NCBI GenBank assembly: GCA_963737065.1
Contig: CAVTRC010000001.1
Location: 224,001-288,000, forward strand
From: Candidatus Eremiobacteria bacterium
GTDB taxonomy: Bacteria; Vulcanimicrobiota; Vulcanimicrobiia; Vulcanimicrobiales; Vulcanimicrobiaceae
Direction of reading: 5' to 3'
Length of the DNA stretch: 64,000 bases
Part shown: in pieces, positions 48,481-57,610 of the stretch
How positions within the stretch are numbered: the first letter of the stretch is position 1
Layout: each line of letters begins with the position of its first letter
Position numbers and translations under genes: made by a program
Notes under the pieces: model-generated
What the model was told of the DNA's origin: nothing
What the model saw: only the letters and a program-made list of their open reading frames with translations
Database searches by the model: none

Positions 48481-50223
48481 CTATCCTCCCACGAGAGCCG
48501 GCTGCGGCATGACGAGCTTGCCGTACTCGGGATACGGCTCGATCGCGTTGTCGGTGTCTTTATACGGCAATGGCTTTTCGAAGTCGTACGGTCCGGCCGT
48601 GACCTCGGGCAGAGATTTGAAGTTGTAGTATGGCGGCGGAGAGCTGGTCGTCCACTCCAACGTGCGGGCGCCCCACGGATTGATGCCTGCGAGCCGTCCA
48701 TGCTTAAGGCTCCAAAGCGCGTTGAAGAGCAACAAGCCGACCGATGCGACCATCAAGAACGAGAACGCGGTCTCGAATTGGTTCCAGAACTGCGCATCCG
48801 GATTTCCGGCTGCGAAGGCGGCGTAGGAAGCATAGCGCCGCGGCATACCTTCAATGCCCAGCCAGTGCATCGGCAAAAACGTTCCGTTGAGTCCGATAAA
48901 GAACAGCCAAAATCCCAGTTGTCCCAAACGTTCGTTCATGAGTCTGCCGGTCGCTTTCGGATACCAATACGGAACGGCCGCGAGGAAGCCCATGACCGCG
49001 CCGCCCGCAACGACGTAGTGGAAATGCCCTACGACGAAGTAGCTGCCGTGCAAATGGAGATCGACCGGCACCGAGGCTAAGAAGATGCCGGTGATACCAC
49101 CGAACGTAAACGTGAGGAGAAATCCGACCGCGTATAGCATTGACGCCGTGAACCGGATCGAACCGCCCCATAGCGTCGCAACCCAGGAGAACATCTTGAT
49201 TCCGGTCGGGATCCCGATCGCGTACGTAAGGATCATGAACGGAATCTGCAACCATGGAGCCAGACCGCTGGGGAACATGTGATGCGCCCACACCGTGAAC
49301 GCAAGCAACGCGATCGCCATCGACGAGAACGCGATCATCTTGTATCCGAAGATTGGTTTGCGCGAGAACGTCGGCAGCACTTCGGAAACCACACCGAACG
49401 CCGGAATGATGAAGATGTAGACGGCGGGATGCGAGTAGAACCAGAACATGTGCTCGAAAAGCACCGGACTGCCGCCGCGAGCCGGATCGTACCACGGAAT
49501 GTTCCAGACGTGCTCGAGGAAGAGCGCGCCCGTTGCGACCGACAGCGCGACGGTCGCAAACATGTTCATCAATGCCGTTGCGAACGTTGCCCATACGAAG
49601 AGCGGCATACGCGTCCACGTCATACCGGGTGCGCGCATCTTTATGATCGTTACCATGAAGTTCATTCCGGTAAGCGTCGAACTTATGCCGACGACGAAGA
49701 TCGCGGCGCACCACAATGCGCCTGCCGTTCCGTCCGCGAGCGAGATCGGCGGATACTCGGTCCATCCGGCGTGCGGGCCGCCGAAGAGCATCGAACTGAA
49801 CAAGATGACGGCCGCAATAGGTAAGATCCAGAAGCTGATCATGTTCAGCCACGGAAACGCGACGTCGCGTGCGCCGATTTGAAGCGGCATCACGAAGTTC
49901 CCAATCGCTCCGGTGACGAGCGGAATCAAGACGATCCACACCATCGCCGTACCGTGCATGGTGAACATCTCGTTGTAGGTATTGTGATCCATGATCGCGC
50001 CGTTCGGATCGGTCAACTGCAAGCGCATGAGTTCGGCGAACGAACCGGCGATCAACATGATCAGCATGCCGGTGATGAAGTACTGGATCCCGATCACCTT
50101 ATGATCCAGCGAAAAGACGTACTTTCGGACGAAGCCTTGCGGTGCCGGGTGAATGTGCCCGATCGCGACGTGTTCTTCGTGTCCGGTATCGTGAGCGGTT
50201 AAGTGCTTTCCAGTGGTGTCCAT
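48481..50223 (-). CDS. coxA: Cytochrome c oxidase subunit I (type A2)
   Basis: DHKVIG, TMHG, WFYSHPAVY (YS motif of A2 oxidases), VWAHHMF and HFHYV. Confidence 0.97.
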   Translation of the reverse strand: MDTTGKHLTAHDTGHEEHVAIGHIHPAPQGFVRKYVFSLDHKVIGIQYFITGMLIMLIAGSFAELMRLQLTDPNGAIMDHNTYNEMFTMHGTAMVWIVLIPLVTGAIGNFVMPLQIGARDVAFPWLNMISFWILPIAAVILFSSMLFGGPHAGWTEYPPISLADGTAGALWCAAIFVVGISSTLTGMNFMVTIIKMRAPGMTWTRMPLFVWATFATALMNMFATVALSVATGALFLEHVWNIPWYDPARGGSPVLFEHMFWFYSHPAVYIFIIPAFGVVSEVLPTFSRKPIFGYKMIAFSSMAIALLAFTVWAHHMFPSGLAPWLQIPFMILTYAIGIPTGIKMFSWVATLWGGSIRFTASMLYAVGFLLTFTFGGITGIFLASVPVDLHLHGSYFVVGHFHYVVAGGAVMGFLAAVPYWYPKATGRLMNERLGQLGFWLFFIGLNGTFLPMHWLGIEGMPRRYASYAAFAAGNPDAQFWNQFETAFSFLMVASVGLLLFNALWSLKHGRLAGINPWGARTLEWTTSSPPPYYNFKSLPEVTAGPYDFEKPLPYKDTDNAIEPYPEYGKLVMPQPALVGG

Positions 50224-50230
50224 ATCGCCT

Positions 50231-51346
50231 CTACTTTAGGCTTTGAAGGTAAGCAACGAGATTTGCGATGTCTTTGTCGGACAGGCCGTTGGCTTGCCGG
50301 TTCGGCATCGACCCCATCGAACCGGTAAAGCCGTTAACCAAAATCCACGCAATGTTCTGCGCCGACGGCGCTTTCCCGGTAACGAGCGTGGGATGCTGCG
50401 GATCGTCGGTAATGTGCAGCAGCCCCGGGCCGACGAGTTTCTGATCGAAGGGCGTCGGCGGATCATGGTGACACGCCGAGCACGTCTGATGGAACTTCGC
50501 CAGACCCGCTTCCACATTGCCGCCCGAGAGGTTGATCGGAGCGCCTGCCGCAGCGGCCGCCTTCTTCTGTCCTTCGAGCCACGCGTTGAATTGCGGAACG
50601 GTCTCAACGACGAGTTTCCCCTGCATTTTGCTATGATCGACGCCGCAAAATTCGGAACACGTGATCGTAAACGATCCGGTTCGATCGGGAGTGAAATTGA
50701 GGTTCTGGACTAATCCCGGAACCGCGGCCATCTTCAGTCTGAACTCCGGAACCCACCATTGGTGAATTACGTCGGCGGACGTGATCAGGAGCCGCACCGG
50801 AACACCGACCGGAAGATGCATGCCTTCCGTAGTGGCGGTAACGGGCGTTTTCAGGCCCGGATAGCGCGTGTCGAAATAGAATTGGTGGGCGACGACTTCC
50901 GTCGTGAGCCCCGGTTCCGAGACGCCGAATTGAATCTTGTGCCAGACGTTGATACTCAACGCGGTCAGAATCACAAGCAGCAAGGTCGGCAGTAGGGTCC
51001 ACCAAAATTCGAGCTTCGGCCGGTCGTGGACGGGAACGCCGATTGCATCGGGCGGATCCCCCGCACGGGCGCGAAACGCGATCGAGAAGTAAATGACGTA
51101 ACCGGCGACGATGAACATGATATCGCCGCCGAATACCGCCATAAATTTGAAGAGCCCGTCGACATCCGACGCGCGATCACTCACCGGGTGCATCGCACTC
51201 GGCAATAGCCAGTCAAGATTTCCGAAAAGCCAGTACGCCGTATTTGCGATGCAAATAAGCAGCAGTAGCGTGGTTACTTGCCAAAACCCGGGGCCGAGGC
51301 CATTAACCCGTACGATGTTGGGCCCCGGTACGATCCGCTGAGCCAA
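50231..51346 (-). CDS. coxB: Cytochrome c oxidase subunit II with fused cytochrome c (caa3 type)
   Basis: DVIH, CuA motif CSEFCGVDHSKM and C-terminal CSACH. Confidence 0.95.
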   Translation of the reverse strand: MAQRIVPGPNIVRVNGLGPGFWQVTTLLLLICIANTAYWLFGNLDWLLPSAMHPVSDRASDVDGLFKFMAVFGGDIMFIVAGYVIYFSIAFRARAGDPPDAIGVPVHDRPKLEFWWTLLPTLLLVILTALSINVWHKIQFGVSEPGLTTEVVAHQFYFDTRYPGLKTPVTATTEGMHLPVGVPVRLLITSADVIHQWWVPEFRLKMAAVPGLVQNLNFTPDRTGSFTITCSEFCGVDHSKMQGKLVVETVPQFNAWLEGQKKAAAAAGAPINLSGGNVEAGLAKFHQTCSACHHDPPTPFDQKLVGPGLLHITDDPQHPTLVTGKAPSAQNIAWILVNGFTGSMGSMPNRQANGLSDKDIANLVAYLQSLK

Positions 51347-51420
51347 AACTATTCACCCCTCTGCGGAAGCTAATTTACCCTGTCGCTGCGCGTCCCTTCG
51401 CGATCTTTCAGCGGAAACTA

Positions 51421-51463
51421 AGAATATTCGAGTGGGAACCGCTGCGGAACCGCTGCGTAACTA
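51421..51463 (-). promoter_or_regulatory. Direct repeats (11-bp period) plus -10 box upstream of coxB
   Basis: Minus strand: TAGTTACG-cag-CGGTTCCG-cag-CGGTTCCC-N7-TATTCT. Confidence 0.55.
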
Positions 51464-51479
51464 GCATGTAATCGGTCCG

Positions 51480-51647
51480 TTAACCCGAGTAGGGTTTCGT
51501 CGGATATCGGCGATCAAGAATCAGTCCGATTCCGGTGCCGATGAGTACGCCGTAGATGGCGCCGACCACAACGCTTCCCGTCGGATACCCGACCGCAGCC
51601 CCGATCGCGAGGCAAATTATTACAGCCGCCCAAACTTTTCGTTGCAT
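51480..51647 (-). CDS. Small glycine-zipper membrane protein (55 aa)
   Basis: Manual translation MQRKVWAAVIICLAIGAAVGYPTGSVVVGAIYGVLIGTGIGLILDRRYPTKPYSG; GGAGG RBS. Confidence 0.7.
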   Translation of the reverse strand: MQRKVWAAVIICLAIGAAVGYPTGSVVVGAIYGVLIGTGIGLILDRRYPTKPYSG

Positions 51648-51679
51648 AGATCAGCCTCCGTATATAGCATAATGGTACC

Positions 51680-51925
51680 ATGCCGACAAACAATACTCGC
51701 GATGCCGCCGCCGGAATTGCCCAGCGGATAAAAACGGGCCGAACCGATCCTTCGCAAATCGACGAGGCGGGCCGCGCGCCCAACGACCGTCCGCCGGGAT
51801 ATGCCGAAGTGCTGATGTCCGAAACGCCGACGTCCGTCGAGCAGAATGCTCAGTTGTCGAAAGCCGATTGGGATGTGATCGAGCTCGCACTTACGCATTA
51901 CGCTACGTGCGAAGGTAAAACGTAA
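51680..51925 (+). CDS. Hypothetical protein
   Basis: CATAAT ends 6 nt before the ATG; plausible composition. Confidence 0.5.
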   Translation: MPTNNTRDAAAGIAQRIKTGRTDPSQIDEAGRAPNDRPPGYAEVLMSETPTSVEQNAQLSKADWDVIELALTHYATCEGKT

Positions 51926-51935
51926 ACCGGTCGCA

Positions 51936-52145
51936 ATGCCGGATACGCGTTTAGGAGAGATCGCGCGGAAGCTTCTGCCGCTCCTTGCAGAATTCAAAAC
52001 CGAAGCAGGGCGCGTGCTGGACGAGAACGGCAAGCGCGACGCGGTGATACTCCAGGATTACATGATGCGCAAGTACCCGCGCATCGTGACCTTTGTTGCA
52101 TGTATCGATACGCTTGCGGAGTTCGCCGAACATGCGCCGGATTAG
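51936..52145 (+). CDS. Hypothetical protein
   Basis: 69-aa helical ORF following the previous one. Confidence 0.5.
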   Translation: MPDTRLGEIARKLLPLLAEFKTEAGRVLDENGKRDAVILQDYMMRKYPRIVTFVACIDTLAEFAEHAPD

Positions 52146-52159
52146 GGTGTAGAAGCCCT

Positions 52160-52429
52160 TCAGTGAACTTCCGGATCACCGTTCGTGCGCACTTCGCTCA
52201 TGGGATCCGGCGGTCGCGGAACTTCTTGCTCGCGGCGTTCGAAGCGTTCGATCAGAATGCGTTTGCGTTCCTCTTCGATCGCTCCACCGCTTAACACGCG
52301 CGTCGCTGCGCTGGGGTGCACGGCTGCGATATGATCGCACACCTCGCATTGCACCGCCGGTTCCGTGCGAGATTGAAGTATCGCGAAGCACTCGCATGGC
52401 CCGAGGACGTCATCGTTGTCGTCGTTCAC
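52160..52429 (-). CDS. Small Cys/His-containing hypothetical protein
   Basis: CECF..CEVCDH..H; GTGA overlap with the bcp stop. Confidence 0.55.
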   Translation of the reverse strand: MNDDNDDVLGPCECFAILQSRTEPAVQCEVCDHIAAVHPSAATRVLSGGAIEEERKRILIERFERREQEVPRPPDPMSEVRTNGDPEVH

Positions 52430-52875
52430 GTCAGCGCCTTCAACACTTCGATCTGATGATCGAGCACGGACACTTTCGGCCACACGTAGACGAGCTTACC
52501 GCTACGGTCGAAGAGAAACGTCGAACGTTGGATCGCATTCTTGCCATAGACATTTTCATCGACGATGACGCCGAAGGCGTTGCATAGCTGCGAATCCACG
52601 TCGGCCAAGAGCCGGAACGGCAGCATGTACTTCTCTTTGAAGCGGCGGTGAGACTCGACGGAATCGCGGCTCACGCCTATCAGTTCGGTGTCTTTGCTTT
52701 GCAACGCCTCGTACACGTCGCGGAATTGCGTGGCTTGCTTCGTGCAGCCCCACGTGTCGTCTTTTGGATAAAAATACAAGACGAGCTGCTTGCCGACGAG
52801 ATCGCTCGTCGAGATTTCGGTTCCGCTGTCGTCGCGAACCGTCAACGAAGGCATCATCGTTCCGGGTTCAAGCAT
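52426..52875 (-). CDS. bcp: Peroxiredoxin Bcp
   Basis: LYFYPKDDTWGCTKQA and RSTFLFD. Confidence 0.92.
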   Translation of the reverse strand: MLEPGTMMPSLTVRDDSGTEISTSDLVGKQLVLYFYPKDDTWGCTKQATQFRDVYEALQSKDTELIGVSRDSVESHRRFKEKYMLPFRLLADVDSQLCNAFGVIVDENVYGKNAIQRSTFLFDRSGKLVYVWPKVSVLDHQIEVLKALT

Positions 52876-52892
52876 GGCGTGATATTCGCGCC

Positions 52893-53924
52893 CTACACCA
52901 CGCTCCCCTCAACGACGTTTGCAATCGCGAGCGCCGTCGTGGGGGCAAGCAAGATTCCGTGACGGTAGTGTCCGGAAGCAACGAAGTAACCGTCGAGTGC
53001 GGTTTTTCCGATGAACGGGCGGAGATTCGGCGAACGCGGACGCGACGCGGTCCACGTGTCGTTGACCGTAAGCTCGCTCAGCATCGGCATCGCACGCGCA
53101 ACGCGCTCGCGTAACGATTCTGATCCGTGCTCCGCGTCGGTCTCGCCGATCAACACGCTACCGTCGGTTCGTGGGATAACATAGATGCCTTCGAGGCGAA
53201 CCGGCCGTTTGAGGAGTCGCTGCGGCATTGCGAGCGCGAGCAGCGACGCTTCTGCCGGAACAACGGGAACGCGCGCGTATTCCGGCACCCCGTGAAACGC
53301 GCCTGCGAAGGCGCCTGCTGCGTTGACGACCGTCTCCGCGGGCAACAACTTCTCGCCCGTACGGACGCCGGCGGCGCGCTGCGCGTCGGCTTCCAGTGCA
53401 ACGAAGCCCGTTTGCTCTTCGAGCACGACGCCGACATCAACGCACGCTGCGCGTAATGCGCGGCCCAGATACCGGCAGTCGATCTGACCCTCTTCTTCGA
53501 TGAGCGACGCACCATGCAGCATCTCGGGTCCGAGCGCCGGTTCGATGCCGCGCGCTTCGTCGCGTTCGAACCAATGTGCGTGAATTCCGCGGTCGGCGAG
53601 GACCGCCGCGCGATTGCGCAAACAGTCCGCTTCGCTCTCGTCGTATGCGGCTTCGATGATTCCGTCGAATCGAAGACACGGGTCGATACCGGTGCGCTTG
53701 TGAAGTTCTTTGACGAAGACCTGATACAAGCCGAGCGCCCTCGCCAAGAACTCCTCTTCTTCTTCACTTTCGGAATCGCTGAACGGCGCAAGCAGTCCGG
53801 CGCCTCGCCACGACGACGCAGCCGGTGAATCACCGGCCTCGACCACATGCACTTGCGCACCGCGCTTTGCCAGCTCGTACGCGATGCAAAGTCCGACGAT
53901 GCCGGCTCCGACGACGACGATCAT
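52893..53924 (-). CDS. thiO: FAD-dependent oxidoreductase, glycine oxidase ThiO-like
   Basis: VVGAGIVG, ASSWRGAGLL and GHYRHGILLAP. Confidence 0.8.
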   Translation of the reverse strand: MIVVVGAGIVGLCIAYELAKRGAQVHVVEAGDSPAASSWRGAGLLAPFSDSESEEEEEFLARALGLYQVFVKELHKRTGIDPCLRFDGIIEAAYDESEADCLRNRAAVLADRGIHAHWFERDEARGIEPALGPEMLHGASLIEEEGQIDCRYLGRALRAACVDVGVVLEEQTGFVALEADAQRAAGVRTGEKLLPAETVVNAAGAFAGAFHGVPEYARVPVVPAEASLLALAMPQRLLKRPVRLEGIYVIPRTDGSVLIGETDAEHGSESLRERVARAMPMLSELTVNDTWTASRPRSPNLRPFIGKTALDGYFVASGHYRHGILLAPTTALAIANVVEGSVV

Positions 53925-54082
53925 GAGCCTAGAGGCCGGCAGTCGCAGCACTCTGCGCAGAGCGTGCAGCCCAGGTGCAGCGGCACGTCTTCTTTGCCGC
54001 ATCGTTCGCAGACGATCGTGTTCGGTCCGGCGAACGCGGATGCGTTTTCTTCGAGTGCATCGCGAGCTTCTTCAGGATTCAT
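53921..54082 (-). CDS. Cys-rich microprotein (53 aa)
   Basis: Manual translation MNPEEARDALEENASAFAGPNTIVCERCGKEDVPLHLGCTLCAECCDCRPLGS; ATGA overlap with thiO. Confidence 0.65.
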   Translation of the reverse strand: MNPEEARDALEENASAFAGPNTIVCERCGKEDVPLHLGCTLCAECCDCRPLGS

Positions 54083-54087
54083 ACGCT

Positions 54088-54258
54088 ATGATATTCTCGG
54101 TGCTGAGTACCGTTCTCGTCGTAATATTCGCATTCGCATGCGTCGGCACGTTCGCCTTAGGAATACGAAAGGAGTGGAAGAGCTTACGCATTCTCTCGAC
54201 CGTCATTGCGATCGTGTCGTTCGCACTCGCGTTGGCGGTTTCTGCAATGCAGCGGTGA
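54088..54258 (+). CDS. Small two-TM membrane protein (start 54088 or GTG 54100)
   Basis: Two hydrophobic helices around RKEWKSLR. Confidence 0.55.
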   Translation: MIFSVLSTVLVVIFAFACVGTFALGIRKEWKSLRILSTVIAIVSFALALAVSAMQR

Positions 54259-54271
54259 AGCGAGGTCCGCG

Positions 54272-54505
54272 TCACGGGGGAAGCACGACGGAATGTGGCG
54301 GAATCCGCCGCCGGACGATGTCGATGGCCCGCTCGCGGTCTTCCATCTGCTCTTTCAGTTCGATGAGCGCGGCTTCGACGAGGGCCGCCGTCTTCACGCG
54401 GAAGCCGATCTCCTTCAGTATTACGACGATCGAATCGAGCGCTTGCACCGAACCTGCGGTGAGTGCCACGTTCGTCGGTGCGCCGCCTTTTGCCGGCTCG
54501 TTCAT
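54272..54505 (-). CDS. Hypothetical protein
   Basis: TNVALTAGSVQALD..KTAALVEAALIEL, possibly ribbon-helix-helix-like. Confidence 0.5.
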   Translation of the reverse strand: MNEPAKGGAPTNVALTAGSVQALDSIVVILKEIGFRVKTAALVEAALIELKEQMEDRERAIDIVRRRIPPHSVVLPP

Positions 54506-54546
54506 GCCTCGCGGATTCTCGCGATGACGCGCTGAAGTCCTGTGGC

Positions 54547-54960
54547 ATGGTGCACGTTCAGATGGCATTCGCTTGCGAAGACGTTACAAGCGAGTCAGGC
54601 GGACCGGTAACGTTCAAAAATGTCATGGACGGCATCGTCGCCTCGGATTTCCCCGCGCCGACCGGCCGCTGGTTCGCTATTTTTTGCTTTTTCAGCGTCG
54701 AAGCGCAGCACTTCGCGAATTGCCGCGTCGTCGTCGAACACGAAAACGGCGAGTCGGTCGCGGAGAAGACGCTGCGAGACCTGGACTTCACGCCGCACAA
54801 TCCGATATCGCGCAACGTCGTGAGCTTCCAGGGTCTGCAGTGGCCGTATCCCGGCGGATACGTCGTCAAATGCATGGCAGACGGCGACAACATCCTCGCA
54901 TACTTTCCGATCTGGGTGCAGCACGCGCCCGCGCCGGATGCAAACGACGAGGGTGCGTAA
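54547..54960 (+). CDS. DUF6941-like beta-sandwich protein
   Basis: AFACEDV..GPVTFKNVMDGI..FPA..PGGYVV. Confidence 0.65.
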   Translation: MVHVQMAFACEDVTSESGGPVTFKNVMDGIVASDFPAPTGRWFAIFCFFSVEAQHFANCRVVVEHENGESVAEKTLRDLDFTPHNPISRNVVSFQGLQWPYPGGYVVKCMADGDNILAYFPIWVQHAPAPDANDEGA

Positions 54961-54987
54961 CCGCCGTGGAACCGCTCCGCGTATCGT
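54957..54987 (+). promoter_or_regulatory. Direct repeat (11-bp period) plus -10 box upstream of the ctaA operon
   Basis: GTAACCG-ccgt-GGAACCG-N7-TATCGT. Confidence 0.45.
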
Positions 54988-54996
54988 TAAACGGGC

Positions 54997-55263
54997 ATGG
55001 CGCTCTCACACGAAACGGCACTGTCGGACGTGCGCGCCCTCGTGCAGCACGCGGAAACGCTTCGAGAGAACGAAGTGCGGCGGCTGTTCGCGCGTTGCCC
55101 AGACCTCTCGGAGCGCGAGCGTTCGCTGATCGCCGCGATGTCGACGGCGCTCATCGGGCGGCTCGTGTACAGCGCAATTTCTAAGATTCACGACAAAGAC
55201 GCAGTCGACCGCGAACAAGCCGTACGCGACGCGCGTGCGCTGAGCGAGCTCTTCGGCGTATGA
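54997..55263 (+). CDS. Stand-alone glutamyl-tRNA reductase dimerisation-domain-like protein
   Basis: AETLRENEVRRLF..LSERERSLIAAMSTALIGRLVY..ALSELFGV resembles the HemA C-terminus. Confidence 0.65.
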   Translation: MALSHETALSDVRALVQHAETLRENEVRRLFARCPDLSERERSLIAAMSTALIGRLVYSAISKIHDKDAVDREQAVRDARALSELFGV

Positions 55264-56195
55264 AGTTTTTTCGAATCTCGGCTACTGCTGCGGCATCGCT
55301 TGCGTTCGTGCAAGTCATATTGGGAAGCTGGGTACGGATCAACGGCGCGGGCATGACATGCCCGGACTGGCCGCTGTGCCGCGGCGCACTCGTGCCGCAA
55401 CTGATCGGCGGAGTCGTACTCGAGTGGACGCATCGCGCGACCGCGCTCTGCGTCGGCTTCGTCATCGTCGCGGCATTCGTAGCGGGATGGCGCATGCGGC
55501 ATCAAATTTCCGGAGTCACGCCGACGCTCTTTGCGCTCGTTGCAGCTTTCGCGCTGCAGGTCGTGGTGGGCGGCATCACGATTCACGAATCGAACAATCC
55601 GCCCTCGGTCGTGCTTCACTGGGCGTGCGCAATGGTGCTCCTCGTCTCGCTGACGTTCTTAGCGGTGCTTGCGCATCTCGCGCCGCGTCCCGGCAGCAGG
55701 CTTCCCGCGATACGCGGCGGCGCGTGCGTTCTAGGAATCGGGCTTGTCGCGCTGCTGGCATACATTACGATGTGCATCGGATCGTACGTCAGTTCTAGCG
55801 GCGCCGGCCTAGCATGCGCGACGTTTCCGGATTGCGACGGCACGCTGACGGGCACGACGCCCGCGCAATGGGCACAAATGTTGCACCGCGCGGCGGCCGG
55901 CGTATTTGTTCTTTCCGCGCTCGTTGTTTTGATATACGTCGTGCAGAGCGGGTTGCCGCGCGTACGCGCGTGGTTCTTCGCCGGCACTGCGCTCGCGCTC
56001 GTGCAGGGAACGTTGGGGACGCTCAATGTGATCTTACGCATGCCGTCGTTCTTGCGCGAGGCGCACGCGGCGAACGCAGCGCTGACGTTCATCGTCTTCG
56101 TGATCGCGACATCGCTCGCCATGCTCGAGCCGCTTCCGGTTCGCTCGGAAGTGAGTAGACCGTGCAGAACTCACGCCAATCCTACGTCAATTTAG
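55260..56195 (+). CDS. ctaA: Heme A synthase CtaA/Cox15
   Basis: GAGMTCPDWPLC, EWTHR, GLACATFPDC, QMLHR and REAH. Confidence 0.93.
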   Translation: MKFFRISATAAASLAFVQVILGSWVRINGAGMTCPDWPLCRGALVPQLIGGVVLEWTHRATALCVGFVIVAAFVAGWRMRHQISGVTPTLFALVAAFALQVVVGGITIHESNNPPSVVLHWACAMVLLVSLTFLAVLAHLAPRPGSRLPAIRGGACVLGIGLVALLAYITMCIGSYVSSSGAGLACATFPDCDGTLTGTTPAQWAQMLHRAAAGVFVLSALVVLIYVVQSGLPRVRAWFFAGTALALVQGTLGTLNVILRMPSFLREAHAANAALTFIVFVIATSLAMLEPLPVRSEVSRPCRTHANPTSI

Positions 56196-56409
56196 CGCTT
56201 GCGACCGCAGCACTTCCTGTAGCGTTTGCCGCATGGCGCCCGATCGCGGCGCTCTCGCGTGAGATTCGAAGCAACATCATTGCCTTTGTACACGACAGCA
56301 CGGGACGTTATGCGCTGCTCCTCGTTGGGCCGCATAAACCTCCGGCGCCCGTTGAGGCGCATCAGACCGATGGATTAGCGGAATTGAACCCGCTGGGGAG
56401 TGGGCGCTA

Positions 56410-57045
56410 ATGGAGACGAACTTACTTCAGCAGACGTCATTGCACGGTATTTCGATGTGGTCGTGGTGGCAGCCGGATCGCTCGATCTTCTTCAACTCAT
56501 TTTTCGTGCGCGGCGATGAGAACATCATCGTCGATCCGCTTGCACTCGGGGAAGATGACGTCAGGACCATACGCGAGCAAGGATCTGCTCAATGGATCGT
56601 CGTCACGACGCGCGATCACGAACGCGAAGCAGCTATCCTCGCTGAGGAGCTCGACGCGAAGGTCGCCGCTCCGCAGCTGGACGTCGACGAAATGGCGGTC
56701 GGTGTCCATCGCAGGTTACGCGACGGGGACACGATTGGACGGGTTCGGGTCGTGCAACTCGACGGGATGAAGTCGCCCGGCGAGTTCGGCCTCTACATCG
56801 CGGACTGCTCGACCGTTATCGTAGGCGACGCGCTGTGGGGCGATCCACCTGGGACGCTTCGCATGGTGCCCGATGGAAAGCTGGGCGATCCCCAGCGCGC
56901 GGCGTCGAGTTTGCGGCGCCTCTGGGAACTGGAACCGCAAAATATCCTCGTCGGAGACGGTCACTGCATCTACGGCAATGCGACCGAAAAAATCGCAGCA
57001 TATCTCGAATCACGCGGCGTGCCGCTGGAAAGGACCATACAATAA
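56410..57045 (+). CDS. Metallo-beta-lactamase-fold protein
   Basis: IIVDP, TTRDHER, IVGDAL and ILVGDG. Confidence 0.8.
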   Translation: METNLLQQTSLHGISMWSWWQPDRSIFFNSFFVRGDENIIVDPLALGEDDVRTIREQGSAQWIVVTTRDHEREAAILAEELDAKVAAPQLDVDEMAVGVHRRLRDGDTIGRVRVVQLDGMKSPGEFGLYIADCSTVIVGDALWGDPPGTLRMVPDGKLGDPQRAASSLRRLWELEPQNILVGDGHCIYGNATEKIAAYLESRGVPLERTIQ

Positions 57046-57046
57046 C

Positions 57047-57313
57047 ATGAACGATGGAAAGAAGCTCTCTCGCTCGGAGATGATCGAAAAGCTGATCGTC
57101 GCACCAATCGCAATCGGCGCCTTTGCCGCGCTTTGCGCGGAGGCCGATGCCGCTGCGACGATCGATCAGAAAACGGCCGCGTACGTGCCGCATCCGGTGG
57201 GCGGCAAGCAATGCGATAAGTGTATCCAGTTTCAGCCGCCGTCAGCTTGCAAGCTTGTGAAAGGCAAGATTTCCCCGAAGGGCTATTGCAAGTTTTATAC
57301 GGCGAAGAAGTGA
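57047..57313 (+). CDS. High-potential iron-sulfur protein (HiPIP)
   Basis: Signal peptide; Y..CDKCIQF..ACKLVKGKISPKGYCKFY four-Cys pattern. Confidence 0.88.
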   Translation: MNDGKKLSRSEMIEKLIVAPIAIGAFAALCAEADAAATIDQKTAAYVPHPVGGKQCDKCIQFQPPSACKLVKGKISPKGYCKFYTAKK

Positions 57314-57610
57314 GCCGTTAGGTGCGGTTGCCGCCCGGCGCCACCGACGCGGGGCGGCTACCGATGAATGCCGGATCGTTGCGCAACGGATATGCGAGCG
57401 GATACGTTCCCCATCCGCCGCGGTTCCAGCGGCCGTCGGGAGTATAACTCCCGGCAGTTTGTCCGTTCGCGGGGAGGGTGAACACGTCGCCACGTGAAGT
57501 CCGTGTGTCAGAGGCCACAATCGGTTCTCCTAATCGCTTCGGTTTGCGCGTTGCGTGCAAACCCATATGATGTTCAAGTATAGCAGCATCGACACGGAGG
57601 TTCACCCGCC

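Noticed and set aside
56162..56410. 82-aa ORF between ctaA and the MBL gene
   Set aside because: Overlaps the ctaA end and has no motif; TAATG coupling alone is insufficient
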